Assembly (NCBI RefSeq): GCF_006345805.1
Contig: NC_043012.1
Span: 38,936,001 to 39,000,000 of the forward strand
Direction of reading: 5' to 3'
DNA from: Octopus sinensis
Lineage: Eukaryota
Length of the DNA stretch: 64,000 nucleotides
A program made the position numbers and the translations under genes. Under the pieces are notes generated by a model, which was given only the letters and a program-made list of their open reading frames with translations, ran no database searches and was not told where the DNA came from. This document shows, piece by piece, positions 53,480 to 64,000 of the stretch (position 1 is the stretch's first letter; every line of letters starts with the position of its first letter).

Positions 53480-53705
53480 CCGTTAGCATGTACCCCACCC
53501 ATATGCTGCTCAAATATTCTACCCGTTATATTTTGAAACCAACTAGAATCAGCCTCTCATACCTCCCTACGGTGTCATACTAAAAATATAAACAATCGGA
53601 TAATCAAAATCTCGGAGCTACGAGATTATGTACGATTAATTCGAAATATGAGGACAAATAAGTTTTACATTTGACAGGTTCATTTGAATGCTAAAGGAGA
53701 TTAAA
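53480..53705. mobile_element. Possible decayed piggyBac-like MITE
   Basis: Ends resemble TTAA-ccctttagcat / atgctaaagg..TTAA (ttagtccgttagcatg ... gaatgctaaaggagattaa); the left end is degenerate. Confidence 0.35.
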
Positions 53706-53792
53706 TGACCTCGTTTCTTATTCTGTATCTCACTTTGCCTCACTATGTTCAACATTTGTCTGCCATCATTAAATTTTCGAGTTGGTTTAAAA

Positions 53793-54353
53793 CGGTAGTT
53801 CTCAGCCAGATCCTATATGGTCCCTGAGGCTCCTTATGATAATTTGTAGGTTCCACGCTATAAATTAGTAAATTGAGCATCCACAACAGTATGTTAAGGG
53901 CGCCTGAAAAAATTGTTGCTTTTGATGTAATTGGTATGTCTTACAAGAAACAGCTGAGTTTTTTTTTTTTGTAACAGTTTACAAGCATAAGTTAATTTTA
54001 GACACACAAGTTAATGGGAGAAAAAGAAAATTAGAATTTTATAAAAAGTTTCTTAAAAACTAGTTTTTAAAATATTGTTGTATTTCAGGATGGCCACTTG
54101 CTTCTCTATTTTTGCCAAATAAACACACGCACAATATATTTGTTCTTCACTCGTTTATTAGTTATTATTCTAACTAATGTCCATTGTCCGGAAATCTTTC
54201 GTCACACATCTGTGACCTCTTCAGCTACACTTTTCGTTTTCGTGTGTATTCTTGCTCCATTAATTTTTTTTAAACTGAAAGGTTATGGGGTCCACCAGAA
54301 TAAATTAGTAATAAAAAGAGTCTATAGATTTAAAAAATGGTTAAGAACACATG
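53793..54353. mobile_element. hAT-type MITE
   Basis: Degenerate 15-bp TIRs of the cagtggttctcaacc type (cggtagttctcagcc / ggttaagaacacatg); 8-bp TSD gtttaaaa / gtttaaac. Confidence 0.7.
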
Positions 54354-54429
54354 GTTTAAACCATTAGGCTTTACTGTGGTCAGTGCCTTGACGGGGAATT
54401 AAAGGCATGACGATATTTTATGAAAGTAT

Positions 54430-54755
54430 CCAGATGGCTCGCAACCTAATGCTTTCGGGTTTAGTCCCACTTCGTGGCACTTTCGGCAATCGTCTTCTAC
54501 TCCAGTCTCGGGCTGTGTAAAAACTTGCTGTGTGGATTTGGTAAACAGAAACTGAAAGAATCTCATCGTATATATTTATATCTATGCTTGTGGGTCTTTG
54601 TGTCTGTATTTGTCCACAACAATCGCTTGACAACCGGTGTGTGTACGTCCTCATAACTTAGCGATTCCACAAAAGCCGTATAGGATCGAATCATTCCACT
54701 AAACAGTTTTCAAGCCGGTGCCTGGTTACAGTCTAGTGAGTGAAACAAGTAAATA
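54430..54755 (+). mobile_element. SINE family A, degenerate
   Basis: gggtttagtcccact.cgtggcac...gtggatttggtaaacagaaactgaaagaa...cgcttgacaaccgg. Confidence 0.75.
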
Positions 54756-54781
54756 ATTCTCTCCCCACCACCACCACTCTC

Positions 54782-54860
<79 letters not shown>

Positions 54861-55758
54861 TATTTACACTCCATCCCACGCACAGGAGTGTAGAAACAGC
54901 CTCTCATCCTATTCTGAATCGAAATCGTTTCCGTATTGAATATTTCACCTATTTATGATTGTGTTTCTTCTATTTCCTAAAATATTTATCTCACAGCAGT
55001 GTTTATTTTTCTTACTAAACATTGCAATGGGTTACATCCATAGATTCTGCGCATCATTAAAATTACATTTTCTCGTCTCTAATGTTCACTTCTACATGTG
55101 AACTAAGTATTAGTCAGGCATGAGTCTAAGTTTTTACTCTTCTCCTGCGGAAGAATATTATTTGAATTTTTTATCAGAATAATCAATTCCAAGTAGTTTA
55201 TGTAGGAATTGGTCATAATTTCCTAGTAGTGTTATATATATATTTTTTTTAAAAGTTTCTACGATGCATTGATATAGTACTTTGAAGATATCTCTTCCCA
55301 AGTCTGCTGGGATCTGCTGACTCTAAATTGGCCATACAGGTTGCTTTCATTTGTAAGAAAGAGAAAGTTTACCAAGTATAAATTCAAAGTAGACACAATA
55401 AACGGGCCGTAAGAATCTGAACTGTAGACTGGGCATAAGTATTCAGCATGGGAATCGTAGGCAATATCGGAAAAGAGTACAATAATAGGTTTAAGATCTA
55501 TTAACTTGAAACGCTTAAAGGTACTGCTTTGAAAAAAAAATCGTTGTAATCATGTTTCCATCCTGGCTTCCCGAAGAGTCATGTTCAACGCACCCCGAGT
55601 TACACAAAAGCACACATACATAATTATAGATATGCATATATACATACTAAGTTACCATATAAACTCAGAAAAACATACTTAATTATGCACATATCCATAT
55701 ATATGTGGGAATTCATGTATGTATTCATATAAGCATACACACACACACACACACACAC

Positions 55759-55803
<45 letters not shown>

Positions 55804-55998
55804 TACAAGCATATATATGCACATGCATGTGTATGCGTGTGTGAGTGTGTTGCGAGTGTATATACGTAAGTAAATGTATATATATTGATACTCAGTTAGG
55901 TAGTCAATGGCGTTAAATAACATATGAACATCAAAGCAACCAACCGCAAGATATGAATAATCTAAAGTTATCAATAGAACAATGCACACGCCTTTGTA

Positions 55999-56058
55999 CA
56001 TAAATATAGGCAACTATGTTTACGTTTGTATGTGTGTATGTGCATATATGTATATATA

Positions 56059-56113
<55 letters not shown>

Positions 56114-56165
56114 TACATATATGCACATACACAAATACAAGCGTAAACATAGTTGCCTATATTTA

Positions 56166-56167
<2 letters not shown>
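55999..56167. repeat. Inverted duplication (~58-bp arms) flanking a (TA)n spacer
   Basis: cataaatataggcaactatgtttacg(t/c)ttgtat(g/t)tgtgtatgtgcatatatgtatata and its reverse complement, 2 mismatches. Confidence 0.95.
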
Positions 56168-56224
<57 letters not shown>

Positions 56225-56338
56225 AATATACGCACACATAAAAATGGGTATTTTGATGCATAGTTAATTATATGCGTACGTATTAATACGCCTATATGTA
56301 TATGTATACGAGTGGGTGTGTATATACGTATTTGTGTG

Positions 56339-56369
<31 letters not shown>

Positions 56370-56813
56370 CTATCTCTTAATGTGATCGTGGTATAGAGCG
56401 GTGAAAATGAGCAACAGCATCTGAAGATATACAACTAATGATTTGTTCACATTTCAAGTGACCTATCTTCACAGACACGCACATATACACTCGCAGACAC
56501 ACGCGTGCACATACACACGCGTGCACATACACACGTACATACACACGCATACACATTCATACAAACACGCACACACACACATATATATATATATTTATAT
56601 ATATGTATAAGTAGGTGTGTATACTTTACCCTATGCAATGAACTATATGCACTTCAAATGATATTGAGCCCTTCTTTTTATGCCAAACCTTACCTAATGC
56701 GTGCAGTATATGCCTGTCTATCCACTTTTATATAATATGTACATATCAATGCAATTTTACTCACACACAAAACGATTTTTTCCACCTTAATTCGGAAGTC
56801 CCATTTTGGGGGG

Positions 56814-57427
56814 AATGCTACTATTGTTTAGCCCCATGGGACATCGTCTCCAACTGACTATACGACACACGACCTGTCTCCTTATATTTTCGAACAGACG
56901 ATGTTAGCACCCCCGCACAACATAAAGCAGCATCCGTGGACCGTACAGTTTCAGGGTTATTTCCCTTCGACGGCACAAAATAACTCTACGGCTGAGATGG
57001 CGCTGCTAAATACCCATTCGAAAACATATATAATTTTCTAAGTGACACACCGCCATTGATCTAATAAAATAGAAACATGCTATTCATAAATATCTCAACG
57101 AGAGATATTCTGAAGCATCACTTTAAAGTAATAATTGTTGCCAACCTAATGTGGCAGTCCTGTTTAGGGGCGAATGCTACTGGAGACATCGTTTGAGACA
57201 AATTCACCTGTTGCTTCGCGTCAGGAGACATCGACTCCAGCTGATTATACCACACACGATCTGTGTCTTTATATTTTAGAACAGGGGAGGTGAGCATCAT
57301 CACCCAGCACAAAGCAGTATTTGTAGACTGTACGGTTTCAGGGCAATTTCTCTTCGTCGGCATAGAATAACTCTTCGGCTGAGATGGCTGCAGACGATGT
57401 CTCCTGGGGCTAAACAACAGTAGCATT
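56814..57427. mobile_element. MITE-like element: 39-bp TIRs enclosing two diverged ~165-bp direct repeats
   Basis: Arms 56814-56852 and 57389-57427 match 35/39; internal units at about 56840-57003 and 57222-57390. Confidence 0.8.
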
Positions 57428-57669
57428 TTATAAACTCGTTAAAATTTCTCAAAAAAATTTTTTGTGTAAACTGTTTTTAACATTTTATTATTATTATCAA
57501 AGAATGTATATATGTATTGTAATTTTTTGTGCCCAATATTTTAATGAACTTTTTTTATATTTTCAATATAAAAAAATTTGTCTCTGCCAGAGCTAACTAT
57601 GCTACTGTTCCTAATCAAAGCTTGCTGGTATAGATTGCTAAGATATGGTTGGTAGAATGTTAGCTTCTT

Positions 57670-57975
57670 CTACAAATGTCCAACAGTCAAGTCTCTTCCA
57701 GATGCTTTTTTTATCCTGGAGTTTCTGAATCACAGTTGCAAGAGTTTCACCATCAATGTTGTGTTCTTGAATGTAATGCAGGAGCAATAACTTTTTCGGA
57801 TTTCTTCCAGCCACAGAGCATCTTGGTTAAATTCCTTCTCTTCACTCCAGATTTTCCTCCAGAAGGAGTTTCTGTCTTCTCGTGAAGGAGTTTCCGCGAT
57901 ATTTACTGCTCCACCTCTCATGTCTCTGTATACTGCTGTCTGGTTGCGGTTAAATTTTTTGTTTATTGTTCTTCT
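57670..57975 (-). mobile_element. R4/Dong-like LINE internal fragment, upstream of RT
   Basis: NKKFNRNQTAVYRDMRG..ETPSREDRNSFWRKIWSEEKEFNQDALWLEEI resembles the pre-RT segment of RLE-type LINEs. Confidence 0.65.
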
Positions 57976-58004
57976 CTCGGTAAGAATGTATGTATGTATG
58001 TGTG

Positions 58005-58038
<34 letters not shown>

Positions 58039-58407
58039 TGTATGTATGTATGTATGTATGTATGTATGTATGTATGTATGTATGTATGTGTGTGTGTGTG
58101 TATGTGTGTGTGTATAGTTGTCGCTCCTGTCTGATCGTGTTTCATATGGTGTCAGGTATTTAAAATTGCTTTAATGCTTTTCGACAAAGGCGTAGGGCGG
58201 AGTAAGAGGAAGCATTGGATCTCAAGTGAGTTGACAAAATAATGACGAGTGTTAACATTTCAACATAGCGGCCTCACTGTCCTCATTTCATGAGTTCACC
58301 TCAATTCATAATTGGCCTTCATTGCTGTTTTCTTTTCGCTCCAGTTGAGTCTTGAGGGGGAAAAAAACAAGCACTTTAACCATTCCATAAGTAATTATTC
58401 AGTTTAA

Positions 58408-58865
58408 ATCGGCTGTGTGGTAAGTAGCTTGCTTATTAACCACATGGTTCCGGGTTCATTCCCACTGTGTGGCATATTGGGCAAGTGTCCTCTGCTGTAG
58501 CCTCGGGCCGACCGAAGTTTTTGAGTGGATTTGGTAGACGGAAACTGAAGAATACGGGAATTCTTTGTGATTTGAATAATTCATCTATGGAAACATGGGT
58601 GTTTCGTTCAACATCCTTAAACAACCCTTATTCAGGGGCCTTTTAAGTGGGAAGGGTTACTCGACCAGAAGAAAATTCTATCTGACCCCCACCTGCAAGG
58701 TCATGTGCTGTTTATATTGATATAATATCACCTTGCCGGGCACATATGGTTGTGATGCATGTGCCTGGTCTACCCTTATCAGACGGGTAGTCATGATGGG
58801 TATACTAGGCTTCGTATATTTTACCCCAGTTTCCCTTTGATGGCATGCACTGCTCTCTTACTCAC

Positions 58866-58906
<41 letters not shown>

Positions 58907-59300
58907 TTTTCAAAATTTGTCACGAGTCCAGCGATTTAGTGGTAAGGCGTGAAGTCGATTGCATCGACCCCAGTGTTCGTCTGGTACTATTATTTTATCG
59001 ACCCTAAATGTATAAAAGGAAAAGTCGACTTCGGCGGAATTTGATCTCAGAACTCAAAAGACGAACGAAATGCTGCTAAACATTTATCCGGCCTGCTTAC
59101 GATGCTGGAGGCTCACCACCTAAATTATGATAATAATGCTTTCAAGCTTTGGCACAAGGCCAGCACTTTAGGAGATGGGTAAGTCGATCTACAGAACTCG
59201 TAAAGTATGACAGGCAAAGTCGATCCCAGCAGCATTTGAATTTGGAACTGAAAGCCGGAAGAAATGCCATTAAGCAATTTGTCCGGCATCTTGACGATGT
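58408..59300. mobile_element. Cluster: SINE-A head (58408-58560 +), retroposon 3' end with (TAA)n tail (58610-58905 +), two SINE-B copies (58915-59120 and 59148-59300, -)
   Basis: Diagnostic family words as in other copies; TAA tail at 58865-58905. Confidence 0.75.
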
Positions 59301-59982
59301 TTTCCCCTCAGAGTTTGTATAGTGGAATAAATTCGTTTCCCTATTTGGTTGGTGTCTTATTTTAAAAATCCCTGGAACATTGAAAGAATTTGAACGTACA
59401 ACATGCTGCTTGCAATAAACCATTACATTCTGCTTTATCCGATGATCTACCAATTTCGCAATTCACTCAATAAAAATGTTAACATTAATCTTAATAATTA
59501 ATATTTCATTTTCCCAAAATAGCCGTTTTCCGTTAAAAGAGAAAAATTTCCATAAATTCTCGTAAAAACATTTTTCTGTTTCTTTTTTACCAATCTTCAT
59601 TGCAGTAAATAAATACAAAGAAAAAAAGATAAACATAATAATTTGGATATTCACTTTAAATCAATTATAATGCAGTGCTAGAGTTATTTCATAATTTGCA
59701 GTTTAGTTATTTAATCCCTATTTAAAAAATACAAATATATTTTATTCATCATCGTTTCACCTGAACACGTTTATGGACGTTGGTCGCCATTTTTAGAAAG
59801 AAAATGGTTTGAGCCTTGCTTATTCGTTCTTTTCGGTATTTCTTCTTCTTATCATCAAAAATTTCATTCATTCTTCCCTTATTCTTCTTCTTTTTTTATT
59901 CCGTTCGTTCTTTTCTATCCTTATCTCTATTCCTCTCCCATTCAATCAACTTACTTTTCTTACCTTCTCGTTTCTATCCCTC

Positions 59983-60065
<83 letters not shown>

Positions 60066-60066
60066 G

Positions 60067-60103
<37 letters not shown>

Positions 60104-60249
60104 TTATCTATCTATCTCTCCCTTTTCATAATCACGTGCTACAAAAGATCGCTTCACAATGCCATAGACCCTGGATCGATTCTTCCTGCATCGCCGTGGG
60201 CAACAACCTTGTAAACATAATTTTGTGTCTATTAAATGTTCTTTTCTAC

Positions 60250-60635
60250 TCTAGGCACAAGGCCCGAAATTTTGGGGGAGGGGGCCAGGCGATTCGATCG
60301 AACACAGTACGCAAGTGGTACTTGATTAACCGATCTGAAAAGGATGAAAGGCAAAGTCGACCACGGAGGAATTTGAACTCAGAACGTAATGACAAACAAA
60401 ATACCTATTTCTTTACTACCCACAAGGAGCTAAACACAAAGGGGACAAACAAGGACAGACAAACGGATTAAGTCGATTACATCGACCCCAGTGCGTAACT
60501 GGTACTTATTTAATCGACCCCGAAAGGATGAAAAGTAAAGTCGACCTCGGCGGAATTTGAACTCAGAACGTAACGGCTGACGAAATACCGCAAAGCATTT
60601 CGCCCGGCGTGCTACCGTTTCTGCCAGCTCACCGT
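60250..60635 (-). mobile_element. SINE family B, dimeric form
   Basis: Collinear with 7246-7636, including the internal duplication and the gacaaacaa.gacagacaaacg.attaagtcgatta linker. Confidence 0.9.
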
Positions 60636-61723
60636 CTGAGTCTACTAAATATTTATGTGTGTAACAGGAGTGTTGCTGTTCTTGCTGTTGCAGCCCAAGA
60701 ATTTGATCAATGGCATTCTGACCATAATTGAAGCGTCCTTTTAAAGTGTTTGCTAGACTACAATATCTAATATGTCCTTCGGCTTTTATGGTGATTCGGT
60801 GTTTCTGTCTAGCTGATGTAGGGAGCAACCAGACTCACACACATCCTCGGTCACCCCTTTACTCAATCACACCACACTCACTCACACCACACTCACTCAC
60901 ACCAACATTCACTCACGCCCTCACACACACACCCTTACTCACATCCACACTCACACCCACCCACATGCACTCACACCCTCACTCACACCCTCACTCACTC
61001 TCACTCTCACGCACTCAATTCCCTGTTCAGTATCTTCTCAGATCTGCCAACCTATTTCCTATATGCCCTAAGCGCTTCCTTTGTCGTTGTTGCTGTTCCT
61101 CCTCTTCTTCTTCTTGGTGTTGTTGTGGTTGTTGTGGCAGTTTAGCCCCAGGTCGGCCCACATCGATCAGATCTGTAACCAAGTGTCTGGTCGATTCCTT
61201 CGCTGACCATCCAAGGCCAGTCTTCTATCGATTAAGACATTCTATAAACATCCTTTCCCGTAGTCGCAAATCCTTCATTCTCTCTTTCATACTCCTTCCG
61301 TGTCTTTTGAATCTCACATTCTTCCTCTTCCTACCCCACTCCCTTTCCTTCTTTCTTTCTTTCTTTCTATTTCTTTCATTTTAATCTCTTCCTACGCCTG
61401 CCCATTCTACATCTCCCTCTTTCACTCTCTCTCTTTCTCTTCCATGCTTACCCTTCTTGCCTTTCGCTCTATCTTCCTTCCTTTTTCTCTCTTTCATTTC
61501 CACATTCCTTCTCTCTGTCTCCTTCTCTTCCAAGACCCAAATCCGTTCGCTTCGTAAATTCATTCACTCTATCTCGTTATGTAAGTGTATGTTTGTTTGT
61601 TTGTTTGTTTGTTTGTTTGTTTGTTTGTTTGTTTGTTTGTTTGTTTGTTTGTTTGTTTGTTTGTTTGTTTGTTTGTTTGTTTGTTTGTGGGTGTGTTTGT
61701 TTGTTTGTTTGTGGGTGTGTTCT

Positions 61724-62170
61724 CTGAGCATTTAGGTGTGTGTCTAAGAATGCCATTGTGTATGCGTGTGTGAGTTCTTGTGAGTATGTATATATGTTGT
61801 TTAATTATCAAAGTGTGTATGTATGTGTTTGTATGCGTGTGTGTGTGTTTGTGTGTGTGTGTGTTTTGTGAGCGTTTGGATGAGTGTGTGTAAGAATCCC
61901 ATTGTATATGCGTGTGTGAGTCCTTGTGATAATATGTATATATTGTTTAATTGTCAGAGTGTGTTTTTGTGAGTGTGTATGTTTGTGTATCTGTGCGTGT
62001 ATGTATATGTGTTTGTATGTGTGTGACATTTGTGAGCGTTTGGTGCGTGTATGTAAGAATGCCATTGTGTATACGTGTGTGAGTCCTTGTGAGTATGTAT
62101 ATATGTCGTTTATTTTTCAGTGCGTTAATGTGTGTGTATGCGTATATGTATGTGTGTGTATGTGTGAGTA
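61724..62170. repeat. Three-copy minisatellite: ~95-bp core plus variable (TG)n spacer
   Basis: tgagc.tttgg..taagaat(g/c)ccattgt.tat.cgtgtgtgagt.cttgtga at 61724, 61869 and 62032. Confidence 0.9.
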
Positions 62171-62519
62171 ACATTATGTTATGGGTGTGCGTGTATGCAT
62201 GTATTTGAGACCGTGAGTGAGGGATCCTATGGTAGGGGTTTGTGTGTGATTCCAGGACAGTCTTTTACTTTTAATGTCCCTTGTTCTTTTAATTCCCTAC
62301 TCTCTCTCTCTCCCCCTCTCTTCCTCCCCTTTTCCCTCTTTCCCTCTCACTATATTGCTTTCGCTACATCCCCTCCTATATCACGTGTGTGTGTGTTGGT
62401 ATGAAAGCGTTGGGGGAAACAATTTTAAAGTTGTATTTATGATCACATTAACAGGATTAGCTTCGATGGACGACATCACGCGATTGACACCATTACACTG
62501 GCTAATGAACCCACCACAA

Positions 62520-62890
62520 AACACCACCACCTCCACTACCGACACCGCCAATACCACCACCTCCACCACCACCACCACCACCACAACCACCACCACAACC
62601 ACCACCACCACCATCACCACCACATCAGCAACACTAAAGCTTCACAACGATCACCACAGTCGTCTTCACCATCACAACCACCATTATTAGCACCAGCACA
62701 GCCATTACCACCACCACCACCACCACCACCACTGCTGCCGCCGCCACCACCTATGCCGCTATCATCGCCAATTCTCCTCCCACACACATCAGCATCAACA
62801 CTACCATGACCACCACCACCAAAAACAGTCACCACTATCACCACCAGGAACCATCGAGCCTACAACCGCCACTACCACCACAACTGCCAC
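62520..62890. repeat. Degenerate (ACC)n tract
   Basis: Direct reading; explains the poly-T/V/G ORFs. Confidence 0.92.
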
Positions 62891-64000
62891 ATCGATATTT
62901 GTAATACTACCACGATAGCTGTAACACAAACAACACCAGCGCCATCACTGTAGCCACCGTCCTAACCCCCCACGACGTCCAAACCAGCCACTAGAGGGCC
63001 TCACCATCGTTAATCGTCACTAATAACAGGGATGTTCCTTTTGTATCATTGTTTGCATCGGCAATGAATTCGTTGGTCGTCGTTTTTGTTGCAGAGACAA
63101 CAGCGTTGGTGGCAATGGGGAGCGGAATAAATGGCGGCAGGTCAGAAGGGTGCGTGTGCGCGTGTGCGTGGGTGTGTGTGTGAATGTTTGTGTATGTATA
63201 TGTATAACAGAGTGCTTGAACATATGACTGAATGGGAAAATGAGTGGTTATATGTGTATGTATGCATATATATATATATGTGTGTGTGCGTGTACGTATG
63301 TATGTATGTATTTATATATGTATATATATCTGTATATATTTATATATGTATGGATGCGTGTATGTGAATGAGTGTGTCAGTGAACACAAGACTACGTGTG
63401 TTCGTGTGTACATGAGTGTATAAGTGTGTCTACGCACCGGTGTGTATAAATGCGTGCGTGTCTCTTGGTGTGTGTATAAGTGATTTCTGTTTCTTTTTTA
63501 TTATTACGTAAATGTGTGGGTGTATGTAACACGTGACAGAAACCCTTTTACTTTTAACTGTCCCCTCTTCGATTCCCGCGTCTCTCTTCCTTTCATAATT
63601 ATTTCAATATCTCATAATCTTTATATATCGTTGTTCTTTAACCCCAGGTCAAACCCTATCGAGCATCATAGATCAAAGGCACACTAACTTTTTTTTTCAT
63701 TCAGTAATATTGTCTCTGATGCTACATTATAATCTGTTCTTCTGTTAAGATACAATTCAAAGGAGATTCAAGAGTCCACCACTCTTTTTGCAGCTTTGTC
63801 AACTCTTTAGATGTTTCATAATTCTTTAAGTCCTGGCACTTCATTTGTTTAATCTTCACAGGAATTTGGTGGATGGTCCACAATTTCTAATCAACCAAGA
63901 ATCTCTGGAGGAGATGATAAATGCTAACGATATTTTATTGGTTCTGATAGCGTCAGCAAAAAAGCAAACATCTTCTAGTATCTTACAAGTCTTCGCAGTA

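Noticed and set aside
55258-55545. About 93 stop-free codons on the minus strand without a start codon
   Set aside because: A few such runs are expected by chance in 64 kb; no recognisable motif

Overview
Repeat-dominated, AT-rich eukaryotic DNA. The dense (TA)n/(CA)n/(TATG)n/(TAA)n microsatellites and the recurrent tRNA-derived SINEs fit a cephalopod genome, probably Octopus; this is an inference from repeat style, not from a database hit. No intact multi-exon protein-coding gene could be reconstructed, and nearly all ORFs in the supplied track are microsatellite translations. Supported content: (1) two Penelope-like retroelement (PLE) 3' remnants encoding GIY-YIG endonuclease. The larger one (51798-53215) has a Neptune-type Cys linker. 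Each carries a minimal type-I hammerhead ribozyme motif, and four more hammerhead-like motifs sit in short PLE-like repeats. (2) Two DD37D (maT) Tc1/mariner transposons; 46216-47469 is full length with 26-bp TIRs and a TA target. There are also two mariner fragments, a hAT MITE and a dimeric 39-bp-TIR MITE. (3) R4/Dong-like non-LTR fragments next to (TAA)n tracts. (4) About 25 SINE copies, including two tRNA-like heads joined combinatorially to three different tails. (5) Long fold-back palindromes centred on (TA)n, one of 124 bp with a single mismatch, and a 20-bp hairpin with an inverted triplication. (6) A candidate CpG-rich promoter with a first coding exon at 24895-24961 (+), a few isolated candidate exons, and a homeodomain-site tandem array near 42.0 kb. 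No CRISPR array, rRNA or true tRNA was found.
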